Assembly: GCF_964204645.1 (NCBI RefSeq)
Contig: NC_134027.1
Span: forward strand, 17,942,560 to 18,006,559
Length of the DNA stretch: 64,000 nt
Reading direction: 5' to 3'
Source of the DNA: Tubulanus polymorphus
Taxonomy: Eukaryota; Animalia; Nemertea
Part shown: positions 49,650 to 62,091 of the stretch, in pieces
Layout: each line of letters opens with the position of its first letter
Numbering within the stretch: position 1 is the stretch's first letter
The notes under the pieces: model-generated
Databases searched by the model: none
What the model saw: the letters and a program-made list of their open reading frames with translations, nothing else
What the model was told of the DNA's origin: nothing
Translations under genes and position numbers: made by a program

Positions 49650-49665
49650 TTTTTTTATTATATGA

Positions 49666-50259
49666 ATGAATGTAGAAGGTGGGGAAGATTATGAAATGGA
49701 AGGCATGGGAAATAATGATGATGCCAATACTAACGATGATGATTATATGACTGCTGATACTAATATTGATAATGATAATGATATAACATATAATTCTAAT
49801 TTAGCAGAAAGTGGTTCTAAAGCCCCATCAACTGAGGATTATATTAGAAGAACTAGATCGAGAATAAATCCTGAAAATGAAAATCAAGGTTTATCGAGTC
49901 GAGATTTAGAAAATAAAGAATTTGTATATAAGTTCCAACGTGCATTTGAAAGATCTGGATATAATATAAATTACAGAGGTGCCAGATTTTTAGTAGAAGA
50001 TTTAAAATATTTAGATGGTGAATATTATTATAAATTGAAAGATGATTATTATATTAATATCACTAATCAAAGGACAAGACTACCTAAAATATTAGCGGAA
50101 TCAACTTTGAGTGATTTAGGTCTAGATAAAATTAAGAGAATAAGTATTAGTAATGAAATAACTGATGTTACACAAGAGAGAGATAATAATATAAGAGTAT
50201 TTAGTCAAAGAATTGATGACTTATTTAAAATAATCGATGATAATCCAGAAACAGAAACA
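49666..50259 (+). pseudogene. N-terminus of a large acidic/coiled-coil Polinton protein
   Basis: Homologous to 59270-59787; ends at a deletion junction. Confidence 0.7.
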
Positions 50260-51020
50260 ACTTTGAATTGATAAATAATAATGCGCCTTTATATAAATAT
50301 CCAATTCAAGAAGATATTATATTTGAAATAACATTTGCTCCTGTTAATGAAATTGTATTATCTAGCGTTGTTAAAGATATGGGTTATAAATTATCGATTG
50401 TATGTTTAGAATATGACACAGTAACTGATGAAAATATTGCTAGCACAATTCAAACTCAATACAATCAAGGATTTTCATTATTATATGATTATATTGATAA
50501 ATTTAAAACTGTAACTATTAATGCAAATGATGAAATAATTAATGAGAATATTAACTTCCCAAGAAGATCTATTAAAGGTATATTAATATTTTTTACCATT
50601 GCAACATATTCTAATGGTGCAATAAAGGTAGATAATTATTATAATCCTGAAATAACAAAAGTAGAAATAACTATCGAAGGAATAGCAAATAAAATATTTT
50701 GTCAAGGAATGAGAATGATAGATCAGTGGCCAGAAATTAGAAAACATTTTATGAATGAAAAAGTAAAATCATTTGAAAATTGTAATATTAATCAAATTGA
50801 TTATTATACCGGCAATAAATATGCATTATGGTTAGATTTTAGAACAACAGAGGATAATTCATTACATGGTTCTGGGAAAAAACTACAGAACACTAAAGAT
50901 GGAATACAATTATTTATGAAAAAGAAAAAAGTAAGCTTAAATTTTAAAGTGCACATTTATATTATATCTGACGCATAATTAAATATTGTAAATTCACAAT
51001 TAGATAGTATTCAATATTAG
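50260..51020 (+). pseudogene. Major capsid protein, C-terminal part
   Basis: Matches 61298-62060 of the copy 3 MCP. Confidence 0.75.
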
Positions 51021-51050
51021 AAATATAAAGTTAAAATTAACGATATATAA

Positions 51051-52184
51051 ATGGGTGGTAAAAAAACTCCTAATACTAAAGAACAATATTTAAGAAATTT
51101 ATATTACAACCCTGAGAGTTCGGTTGCTTATTCTTCTACTAAAAATATATGGCGTCAAGTAAAACAAGATAAATTAGATAAGATAATCCCACAAAATTTA
51201 GTTAAATATAAAGATATAAATGAATTTATATTAGAACAATCAACATACACAACACATAAAAAAAATTGTTAGAAAATATAAAACTCGTAAAACTATGGTA
51301 AGTTATGTAGATCAACAGTGGCAAGGAGATTTAATTGATATGAAAAATGTTAAGAAAGATAATGATGATTATTGGTGGATATTGAATATAATTGATATTT
51401 TTAGTCGTTATGTATTATGTTTCCCACTTTATAGAAAAGATGCTGTACAAACATCAAATGTTTTAAGAAAATTTCTTTCGGATGATAAACTAAAACCAGA
51501 AAAAATACAATTTGATGATGGAAAAGAGTTTGATAATTCACTTGTTCATGAACTCTTAGATAATCATAATATTAAATATTTTTCAACAAAATCGGATAAA
51601 AAGCAGCAGTTGTTGAACGATTTAATAGAACATTAAGAACAAGAATGTGGAAATATTTTACAGCAAATAGTACTTTTAAATGGATTGATGTTTTACCAAA
51701 ATTGATAAAAGGTTATGATAATTCTTATCATTCTTCTATTGGAATGAAACCTATTGATGCTATAAAACCTGAAAATGCTGAAATTGTTTGGAATAATTTG
51801 TATGGGGCATTTCTTGTAGATGATTTTGGTGAACCTAAATTTAAAGTTGGTCAAAATGTTAGAATTTCTAAGTATAAAAAGATATTTGACAAAGGATACG
51901 ATCGAAATTTTACTAGAGAAATATATAAAATAAAAAAGGTTATAACAACAAAACCGTATGTCTATAAATTAGAAGATTTAGATGGTGAAGAAGTTGATGG
52001 CTACTTTTACGAAGAAGTATTGAGTTTAACTACTGAAAATCTAGAACATAAAATTGAATATAAAATTGAAAAAGTATTAAAAACAAAAATTATTAAAAGA
52101 AAATAATATTCTTTAGTAAAATGGGTTGGATGGCCAGATAAATTTAATGAATGGATATTATCAAGTAAAATTAAAAATATATAA
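51051..52184 (+). pseudogene. Retroviral-like (RVE) integrase with C-terminal chromodomain
   Basis: WQGDLIDM, IDIFSRY, DDGKEF, VERFNRT, YHSSIGMKP, FKVGQNVRI, LVKWVGWPDKFNEW; two frameshifts and one stop. Confidence 0.93.
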
Positions 52185-52793
52185 ATGAATAAGGAATTAT
52201 TCGTATTTGAGCCTCATAATATGTTAATTTCTGGTGTAACAAATTGTGGAAAACCTTATTTTATATTAAATTTATTAGAAACTGTTTATGAAAACTATTT
52301 TGATAATATAGTATTATTTTGTCCAACATATGAATTTAATCAAACTTATGATAGAAATATTACTAGAAATAATAAATTTATTATATTAGATCCTAAAACA
52401 GTAAAAGAAAATTTAGATAATTGTATTAAAATAGCGATTGATATTTATAAAGGATCAAATACATTATTCATTATAGATGATTGTGCTAATCTACATGATT
52501 CAAAAGTTAGAGAGAGTGAGTTATGCTATTTAGCTTTTTCTGGCAGACATTTTGGGATAACAACATGGGTTTTAAATCAAAAATATAATTCAATTGTTAA
52601 AGACTTTAGAGAAAACATTAGATTTCTAGTTTTATTCTACAATAAAGATAGAAAATCGATGAAAAATGCACTTGAGGAAAATGATATTATTCCACATGAT
52701 TTACATAATGAATATATGGATAAGTTGAAAAATATTAAAAGATCAAAATTACTATTTAGATTACAACACCCATTTAAATATGAATTTATTTAA
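52185..52793 (+). CDS. A32-like DNA packaging ATPase
   Basis: Walker A GVTNCGKP (GKT in copy 3), Walker B FIIDD, SGRH motif. Confidence 0.9.
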   Translation: MNKELFVFEPHNMLISGVTNCGKPYFILNLLETVYENYFDNIVLFCPTYEFNQTYDRNITRNNKFIILDPKTVKENLDNCIKIAIDIYKGSNTLFIIDDCANLHDSKVRESELCYLAFSGRHFGITTWVLNQKYNSIVKDFRENIRFLVLFYNKDRKSMKNALEENDIIPHDLHNEYMDKLKNIKRSKLLFRLQHPFKYEFI

Positions 52794-52976
52794 ATTCAAC
52801 TAGCTTGTTAATCTAGTTGAATTCTAGTTACATTCTAGTTGAATTCTAGTTATTAGTAGTTGAAACAAAAATCAAATAGATTTAACAAGAAATAAACAAA
52901 AACAACAATATTTCAACTAGCTTGTTAATCTAGTTGAATTCTAGCCCTAGTTACATTCTAGTTGAATTCTAGTTGC
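52794..52976. repeat. Intergenic CTAGTTGAATT / CTAGTTACATT repeats in two duplicated blocks
   Basis: TTCAACTAGCTTGTTAATCTAGTTGAATTCTAG at ~52795 and ~52912. Confidence 0.85.
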
Positions 52977-53006
52977 AACATCACAACTAATTTTTTTGTT
53001 ATATAA

Positions 53007-53520
53007 ATGGTAGGTGAAAAGAAAATAAAATCTAAAAATGGTGATGTTCCAATTGAAAAAAACTTTAGATGATATAGGAATAACAGAAAACAAATTAATT
53101 CCAGATGATGGTGCTTTAAATAATGTTACAACAAATAATAATTATGAATATTATCTTTACTGTAAACATCAATTAGAAATATTAATAGCATCTGGAAAAT
53201 GTAACAATTTTGTCGGTAAAAATTTAACTTATAATGAATTAGATACAATGAAATCAGATGAAATTATTAGATTATTTAAGATTCATGAAGCCGCGAGAAC
53301 AGCTAGAATTAATGACGCGATATCAGAAAATGTAGTAAAAGGTTATAGTAAATTATGTAATTATATACTACCAATTGAAGATGAAAATAGATTATATTCC
53401 GATTTAAAAAATGATTATTTAGTTATGACTGAATTAAATAAATGGATTGGATATTTATCATTTCAATTAGGTGGATTTATGACATTATTATCAACTGGGT
53501 TATAACATTTTCAAATATTG
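53007..53520 (+). pseudogene. Polinton hypothetical protein
   Basis: TAAATG start at 53007, frameshift into ORF 53038-53505. Confidence 0.6.
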
Positions 53521-53544
53521 AAAGTAAAAATATTTCTATAATAA

Positions 53545-53913
53545 ATGAGCGAGGTGGAAGAAGTGAAGGAATTAACTGTGAAGAAAAAACCGAGATCACA
53601 GAAACAAATTGAATGGTCTCGGCAATTAGGAAGTAAATCACAAGAATATAAAAAAGCTGTAAAAGAAAAAATAAGTAATAAAAATGTTAATAAAAATAGT
53701 GAAAATATTGTTATTTCTACTCCTTCTAATGATAGAATATTTGATAAATGTCTATATTTTACAGTTGGATTTGTAATTGTATTCATTTTGATTGGGTGTA
53801 ATTGGTATAAGAAATCAAATAAAATTCATGATATTAATAATTCTGAAACAACTGCTATCAAAAATGAAAATAATTCTGAAATTCCAAAATTGACAATTAA
53901 AAAAATGGATTAA
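53545..53913 (+). CDS. Polinton single-TM protein
   Basis: 122 aa, basic N-terminus, one hydrophobic helix, TAAATG start. Confidence 0.65.
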   Translation: MSEVEEVKELTVKKKPRSQKQIEWSRQLGSKSQEYKKAVKEKISNKNVNKNSENIVISTPSNDRIFDKCLYFTVGFVIVFILIGCNWYKKSNKIHDINNSETTAIKNENNSEIPKLTIKKMD

Positions 53914-54064
53914 TATTTTAGAAAAAAAGCAAAAAAAAATAATTTTTTCTAATTAATTGAATATCTCACTACTTTTGTCTATCTATGCGGAGCAATTAAA
54001 TTGTCCAGATAAGTCATTTCGGATTCTAGATATTCATTATTTTTATTAATTTATTTTTTTAAAT

Positions 54065-54390
54065 TTAATCAACAATTTCTAAATCATGATGGCCATCTTC
54101 ATTTTTTCCATGGTAGATTATTTTAAATCCTTCTAAATCTTTTAATTCCTCTGTACTCAATGAAACCCATTTATCAGGTAAAAATACTTTAAATTCTCGT
54201 GATGTACTAACATTACAGTAGCTTAAATTAGCTGATACTTTCTCTCCATATTTAGTTTTTATCTTTTCTAATTTCAATATTTTATGTTCAATTTCTTTTG
54301 TAACATCAACTAACTTTTTTATTTCAAATTGTTTTTTGCTGGTTTTATTCTGTTATTTATTGTTGCAAAGAATGCTTTTCTATCTCCCAT
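54065..54390 (-). pseudogene. Homologue of the 28165 protein, starting at the right TIR
   Basis: KTKYGEKV..FLPD..YHGKNEDGHH; ATG at 54390 in TAAATG, disrupted near the 5' end. Confidence 0.7.
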
Positions 54391-54475
54391 TTATAAGGAA
54401 AACAAATTACTTGTGGTGATGAGTGGTGTCTAGTCCTCTCGTCCTCTGGTATGAAAGCCCACTTTCCCAATTACT
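54385..54475 (-). repeat. Right TIR of Polinton copy 2
   Basis: Reverse complement of the left end; ends in ACT. Confidence 0.92.
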
Positions 54476-54939
54476 GATATCATCAAATTACTAGAAAGGG
54501 ACAGCAGCGTTCGGTCATCCACGAAAAATACCTAAAATGCAGTCCTAGGGTTATGGAAAAACAGGACACGAAACATACAGAAAAATCCTTTGTTTGGTTG
54601 ACTGAAATTATTATTGAACTCTTAAATAGCGACATTCAGAGAAACAAAAACATAAGAATATAATCTCGCCCACCCGTTAAAAAACATGACGTAATGATAG
54701 GAGGCCATGTGTCATCTTTAATTGAAATCACATTATATTCATTCTCATGCGAGGATGGGTCTCCAAATTCATAGGATTAGGAGAATAATGGTTTGAATGA
54801 TGAATACAACTGATAAAGCGCCAATTTCACTGATTCTTGCATATAAATGCTCAAAGGCGCTTTACAGTAATCGAGTTAACAGGTGCGTTTTTAGGAGTCT
54901 TTTAAATTTGAATTCAAATCGGGTGTTCATGACGACTAT

Positions 54940-55346
54940 AGGCGCTTTTACGAAACTGAATCTTTGTAAATCGATTTAAGTTTCACGTTTACGGCACGCG
55001 GTTTAGTGAATCCGATTTGGTAAATCAACTCGTTTATGGACGCGGTTTAGTAAATTGATTTATTAAATCGACTAACTTGCTCGGCGAGCAAGTTAGTGGC
55101 GATTTAGTCAGTGAAATCCAACATGGCGTCCTCTTCGACCGTGGGTTAAAGACATCTATTGCAGACCATCATCTATCAATAATTCGGTCACCATTGACGC
55201 CCATTTTCTTTCGAATCGCGACCTTTAGATTGATAAATTGATTTGACTCATTTACGAAAAACGATTCGATTTACTAATCCTTACGTTTTCCAACATCGAA
55301 TCGGATTTAGCTAAACCGAATCAGATTCAATTTCGTAAAAGCGCCT
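54940..55346. mobile_element. PIF/Harbinger-like MITE
   Basis: TIR AGGCGCTTTTACGAAA.TGAATCT / AGATTCA.TTTCGTAAAAGCGCCT; TAT on both flanks. Confidence 0.75.
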
Positions 55347-57699
55347 TATAATTGAGCATTCTAGGGCTGGAGCAAGAAACGTGTGGGATCGTCCGCCAAG
55401 GTATCGCTAAGGAGTCAGTCCGTGGTGGCTTTTGAAAGCGACGACCGCATATTAATGCATTGATTGAATGACATCTCAAAAGTCAGATTATATAAGATTA
55501 AACATGATATACGGATAGGTTCTTCCAATTAGGCCTATACTGGTAAAAATGAAATGACCCAATATGTGATATAAATGTTCAATCAAAAAGTAGAAAGTGA
55601 ATCCGTAATTCAGGATGGTAGGCCTATTGTTACAACATCAAACACTCAAATTCAATCCTTTGTTTAATTGGAAGCCAGTGTAGATGAGCAAGTATTGTGG
55701 TCCCTGATTTTAGTTATCGTAATAATTCAAGCCACGCGATTTTGAACTGTTCAACAAGTTGGAGTTTGTGTAAAGATGAATGAGTTTGAAATGGAGTGGA
55801 CTTCAGATAATACTGTTTGCATGCCTATGTCTATTACTTAATCTTTTTACTAATCATAGAAAATTGTGGTAAAATATTTGACTCGACGGTTGGTTTTAGA
55901 TTGTATCTCTCCAAGCCAGAGGTAATCACGGATATCGGACTACAAAAAAATTCCTTGTGTAAAGCTCAACTTTGTAAATTCCTGGAAAAGCTCGCCTCGG
56001 ATATTTCAATAATGATTAAACATTAATTTTCCCAACGAAAAACCTAAACAACCAATGTACGCTTGCTTTAAGTTTACCAATGCACTATCGTTGCTTTTTC
56101 TAGCTATTTGTACTGTTTGCCGCAAAAAGATTGCATCCTCTATTACAGGATTTAAGGATACAACTCTAAAACCAGTTAGTTTAAATTAACCATTATACAA
56201 TATGATACATGACCAAATACACTGTTAATATGAAAAAGATCCAATATGTACACATTTCAAATCTCAAACCAAGTTTTATCATTAGAAAATAACGACACAA
56301 CGTTCGATCGTTCACTAGAGATCATCTTTTTGAATTTGTACACAGTGAATTTTCGTATCGTATTATGGTATTATCAATTCTCCGCATTTGAGTGTGACTA
56401 TTCTACGAATACAAAGTTATTTTTGCAATGAAGTTTTAATTGTCATTTTAAATGTTAACTATCCACTGGTATGTAAACTTACTAACTTTTGGCAACTGAC
56501 CTCAAATCGTGGAATGGGCTCAGGTAGCCTGCTGATCCACTCTTTATTAATACTACTAAAGAAATATTCAGTATAAGAAGTAAAAAGTATATTAAAGTAC
56601 CATTTATCTTTATATCGCAATAATTTGTGTACGTATGATTGAAAAACGATATTCTATGGAGTCTCGTGTTACGTACTTATGATTATTGTGTATAAGATCA
56701 ATAATTAGCAACCTTCCACGGATACGAAGCGGCCTAAGTTTACATCCTACCATAATTTTCTCTAAACTCTCAGCATTATATCAAGATCGGTCTTAGAAAA
56801 TATATGAAGGACGTGTTCACAGGTTAACGAGGCCAAAAATCTTCCTCAAAATTTCAAATTTTTACGAGCAAAGATAATATACTTCATGCTTTTGGTGCAG
56901 AAATAATGGATGTCCACAAATTGCAGATTGTGTTTTCAAAGTAAACGATCCGAGGGTGGAATTGTTTCGAATTCAGGGTTCTCCCATTTACTCTCCGGTA
57001 TTTTACAATGTTTCAATAAGATACGTAAGTCGCACTTTTGTTGTGATACAGCTTTCTCTATTGGTCAGCGTTGTGATCACTTAAAATTACCCATAAGTTT
57101 GAATTCTCACTGAACTACTACATCCCTTATAACGAATATATATTTCATATGAGGCGATTAACTTTGATGATCTGCGGTCAGTGGACAGCAGTTACGAAAC
57201 ATTTAAAACTACTACATTATCTTCCATCTATTCATTATTCATATATATGATATGATATGATATGATATGATATCTCCTTTAGTGTTCAGTTTAAACGTCT
57301 TGAACGCAAAAGTTTGACAAGTTTCGCATAATGGTACCGATACGCACGTTCACACTAGTGAAATGTGCACGTTACAGGCTAAAATGCGCACGTTACAATT
57401 ACAAATCGAAACGTTGTTCGTTCAAAACCCGATGTGGAAATCTTTTGCATTTAGTGGGAAATTTCAAAGTTAGCTCGCTTCCTACAATAAAAATTGGACA
57501 AGACTTTTAAAACGACACATTTAATAAGAGTAGTACTGACGAAGGATTCAGGCAATACCCCGTGTTATTTCTAAAAACATTTAACCGGTAATTAGACAGT
57601 ACTGGTGTAGCTTGTACAGGTAAAAGAGTTGTTATATTTACGTTCAGACCGAATGAAATTATTTGATACGAGACACGACTAAGTTGTGTCCGAAACAGA

Positions 57700-58210
57700 T
57701 AAATATAGCTATGTGGTCAGTATTGGTCAAGATTTGGTCACTTGAATAGTTGTTAGATGAAAGCCCACACCATTTCTAATTATTTGACACCAAACACGAC
57801 TGTGTTGCTTCTAGAATAAACAAATCACTTTAAGGTCAGTATTGGTAAAATATTGGTCAGTTAGATAGTTGTTAGATCATAGCCCGCACCGTATCTAGTA
57901 GCTCGACGCCCACACACGATTTTATTGCTTTACTAAACATATAAATTACATATGGTCGGTTCTAGTTAGTGGTAACTGGTCAGTACTGGTCAAGCATTGG
58001 TCAGTTAAACAATTTTTAGTTTAATGTCCACATTATATCTAGTTATTTGACACCAAATAACTTAATTGTTTGCAAAACAGATAATTTACTATATAGCCAG
58101 TACTGGTCATGCATTGGTCAGTTGATAGACCAAGGTCCACGCCACGAGTTATTTGATACTAAACATTATTGTGTCGTTTCGGAAAATTTATCTGTTGGGC
58201 AATTTGTGGT
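57700..58210. repeat. Diverged ~120-bp tandem repeat
   Basis: Recurrent GGTCAGTA(T/C)TGGTCA..TTGGTCA..TTTGACAC; resembles the 37500 array in reverse. Confidence 0.6.
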
Positions 58211-59269
58211 CAGCCCTGGTTCGTTAGTTCTTATTTTGCGGGCATTTTATCTCAAACCACCGAAAGACTGAATTACTAATTAATTCAACAGATCATTAAT
58301 TAATGGAAATGAAGATCAGTGTTAACTAAGTCCTTTAATAGTCTGAATAAAATGTATGTGGTATTATATGGGTACTATGGTGCTGTACACCGAACTGTAA
58401 CTTTTTATTTTCACTACTACCGTAATTGACTATGACGTTTTCAAGTGGTCTTAAGTACCGCGAATAGCCGAAAGTCGTTGATTTATGTGAAATTTACACA
58501 CAGCGCCAACCGTTGGTAGTAAAAGTCACCCGAGCAATACGGGTGTTAAATAGATACGCTAGCAAACCGGCATTCTCATAATGAGGCCTACGACTCCCCG
58601 GTACACTTATGATTTATCTTAGTAAATACACGGTTAATTTGGTAAAGAAAAATAGGTATTGCTAAACTAACTGCTTGACACCCGCAGCCAAATCACTGGT
58701 AGTTATAAATTAATTTGTACTCGATTTGATTCTCATGATGAGGAGAAACTCGCAGCTGATCCCCGAAACGACGATGTAGTAACACACGTCGATTCGTCGA
58801 TGTTTACGGCTCGACAGTGCTTTTAAAATCTAAAGTAGTAAATTTCCAGTGTATCGGTAATATGATTTGATGAGGAAAATGGGCCATTGTTAAAATCACT
58901 GTTTGAAGACCGCGACTGAATGATGTGAAGTATGCGGCAATAAATTAGTTCATTTATACTTGAATTGATAATCGAAGTGACATTCGGCCTGCGGGTTGAT
59001 TTCGGGATGACGACTCGAAAAACATGTCGCCCCATTGAATGGGGCTAAATTTTCGATGTTTACGGCCCGACAGCGCTTTTGTAACGATGATTCGTGAAAA
59101 AACACGCGGGCTATTTGTAGATCTCAGTGAGCTGAACGATATTATATGGATTGTATATGAAACAGCGGTAAGGTAACAAAGCCTATGTTCTTTTGGTGAA
59201 AATAGTGGGAAGAAAATAATAATAATAATAATAATAATCACGTGGATATCAATAGGGTTTTCTGTGAAA

Positions 59270-60787
59270 TAACAGAAAACCCTAATGAAACTAATATTGA
59301 TGAGGATAATTCATCAGCATATAATTCTAATTTAGCAGATAGTGGTTCCAAAACCCAATCAACAGAGGAATATGATAGAAAAACTAGATCGAAAATAGAT
59401 CCTGAAAATGAAAATCCAAATTTAGTAAAAAAAAAATTAGAATATAATGAATATATTTATAAATTCAAACCTGTATTTGAAAGATCTGGGTATAATATAA
59501 GTGATAGAGATGCTGAACTTTTAGTAGAAAATTTAAAACTTAAGGTAAATATTATTATCATTTGGATGGTGATTATTATATTGATATCACTATTCAAAGA
59601 ACAAGACTAAATAAAATATTAGCGGAATCAACTTTGAAAAATTTAGAAACATTTAGAATTAAGAGAATAAGTAACAAGAAATGAAATAACTGATGTTACA
59701 CAAGAAGAAAGAGATGATAATATAACAGAATTTAATGAAAGAATTGATGACTTATTAAAAATAATCAATAAAAATTCAGAAACAGAAATGGAAGAGTATA
59801 GAGATCGATTAGATAAATCAAGATCTTCAACACCAGAAACATCGAGAAGAGATATTCAACAAATCGATAATGATTCAAGTCAATTACAATTAGTAAAACA
59901 TTTTGATAGCATGTTAGATACAGTTCATTCATTTGAAGAAGAGATGAATAGTGTTTTAGATACACCCGGTGCTGAAAATGGAATAAATCGAATACAATCT
60001 TTACTAGAAAAAGGATTATTTGATTTAACTGATGATGAATTAGAAGCATTTCCTGAACAAACACGTAGAGAAATTAAAGGTATGCAAGAATCAGCTGATT
60101 AAATTGCGCATGAAAAAAGTAAAAGAGATATTAAAATTAGAACTTTAGAAAAAGAATTAACTGATAAAAATAAAGAAATAAAACAACTAAAATTAGATAG
60201 AGATAATAAAGTTATTGAAGAAATCGAATTTAAAAAAAGAAATGCGTATTTAGAAAAAGAAAAAGATGATTTAGAATATAACATAGAATTACAAAAAGAA
60301 GAAATGAAATCATTATTAAAATCATATGATTATAATATTAATAGATTAAAAGTTATTTTTACAGATTTGTTGATAAAACCAGATTCTAAAATATCATTGA
60401 AAGATAGAATAAAGTTATTATTTAAATTAGAAGGAATAACAATTCTTTCAATTCTAACAGCTGTAACTATGTTATTTACAACAATTGGTTTAGCAATATC
60501 AAATGCTTTGAAATCTACTCCTACTCCAAATAAACCAGATAAACCCCCAGATAATAATTCTATACAAGATAAAGTTAAGGATGGTTTAAAGAAATTAGCA
60601 AAATATTTATGGGAACTATCTAAAAAATCTGCTGCAGCATTACCAGGAATTATTGCATCAATTGTTGGTTTTTATATTGAAATCTGCAGGAAACATTATT
60701 TACTTTGCTGCGGAACATATTATTTTATTTCTAATTACAGTTGTAAGTGCAATTATTTTTGGGTTAGTAAACATGATAGAAAATAAA
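59270..60787 (+). pseudogene. Large coiled-coil/TM Polinton protein
   Basis: ORFs 59242, 59788 and 60304 form one disrupted gene; EGITILSILTA..IG and AAALPGIIASIV hydrophobic segments. Confidence 0.7.
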
Positions 60788-60810
60788 TAATTAATTTTTT
60801 TGTTAAATAA

Positions 60811-62060
60811 ATGAGTGGGAGTTATATCAATCCTTCTAAGAATCATAGAATATCTAATGCTATTAAAGCAGAAAGATCACATCATATAATTACTCATAAC
60901 CCTTCTAATATTAATCCCGATGAAACTTTATATGTTAGAATCCCTCGATTAACACAAAATACTTTTTATGTTCCAAATAGTATTTATTTATCAGCCGATA
61001 TAAAAGTAACCGGTAATAATAATAATTATGTTGTTGATAATGTTGGAAGATATTTGATTAAAAAATTAACAATAAAGATTGGTCCAGAAACAGTTTTCTC
61101 ATTACATGATTATAATTTATTTATGCATTATAAAGATTTATGGTTAACTAAAGAAAATAGAAATTATACGATATTTCAAGGAATCCAATCAGAAAACCAA
61201 AATAAATTAAGATCAGAAACACATAATGCAATATTAACTAATTCTATAGATAAATTGATAAAAAGTATATATGGAAGCAAATATAAAATTCCATTAGACT
61301 TTGAATTGATAAATAATAATGCGCCTTTATATAAATACGCAATTCAAGAAGACGTTATATTCGAAATAACATTTGCTCCTGTCAATGAAATTGTAATATC
61401 TAGCGTTAATAAAGATATGGGTTATAAATTATCGAATATATGTTTAGAATATGATACAGTAACTGATGAAAATATTTCAAGTATAATTCAAACTAAATAA
61501 AATCAAGGATTTTCATTATTACATGATTATATTGATGAATTTAAAAACGTAACTATTAATGCAAATGATGAAATTATTAATGAGAATATTAACTTCCCAA
61601 GAAGATCTATTAAAGGTATATTAATATTTTTTACCATTGCAACATATACTAATGGCGCAATAAATGTTGATGATTATTATAATCCTGAAATAACAAAAGT
61701 AGAAATAACTATCGAAGGAATAGCAAATAAAATATTTTGTCAAGGAATGAGAATGATTGATCAATGGCCAGAAATTAGAAAACATTTTATGAATGAAAAA
61801 GTAAAATCATCTGAAAATTGTAATATTAATCAAATTGATTATTATACCGGTAATAAATATGCATTATGGTTAGATTTTAGAACAACAGAGGATAATTCAT
61901 TACATGGTTCTGGAAAAGAAACTACAGAACACTAAAGATGGAATACAATTATTCATGACAAAGAATAAAGGAATCAAAAATTTTAAAATGCACATTTATA
62001 TTATATCTGACACGCAATTAAATATTATAAATTCTCAATTAAATAGTGTTATGTATTTAA
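60811..62060 (+). pseudogene. Major capsid protein (double jelly-roll), putative
   Basis: HNPSNINP.ETLYVRIPRL, VVDNVGR, YKDLW, IPLDFE, LEYD, NFPRRSIKGIL, ALWLDFR..LHGSG; about 410 codons; TAC>TAA at 61498 and a late frameshift. Confidence 0.75.
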
Positions 62061-62091
62061 ATTTTAACTTTAATAAAAATTTATATAATAA

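Larger units (their letters stand above)
39295..54475 (+). mobile_element. Polinton/Maverick copy 2 with both ends (15,181 bp)
   Basis: Ends AGTAATTGGGAAAGTGGGCTTTCATAC / GTATGAAAGCCCACTTTCCCAATTACT; GATATC on both flanks (39289-39294, 54476-54481); pPolB, penton, MCP, integrase, ATPase. Confidence 0.96.

Noticed and set aside
55350-59250. Short ORFs and microsatellites between copies 2 and 3
   Set aside because: No domain motifs; appears to be old repeat-derived DNA
24217-62060. Stop-codon reassignment explaining in-frame TAA/TGA
   Set aside because: Sister copies have different codons at these sites (TTA at 27557, AAA at 31564, CAA at 48291, TAC at 61498), so these are point mutations
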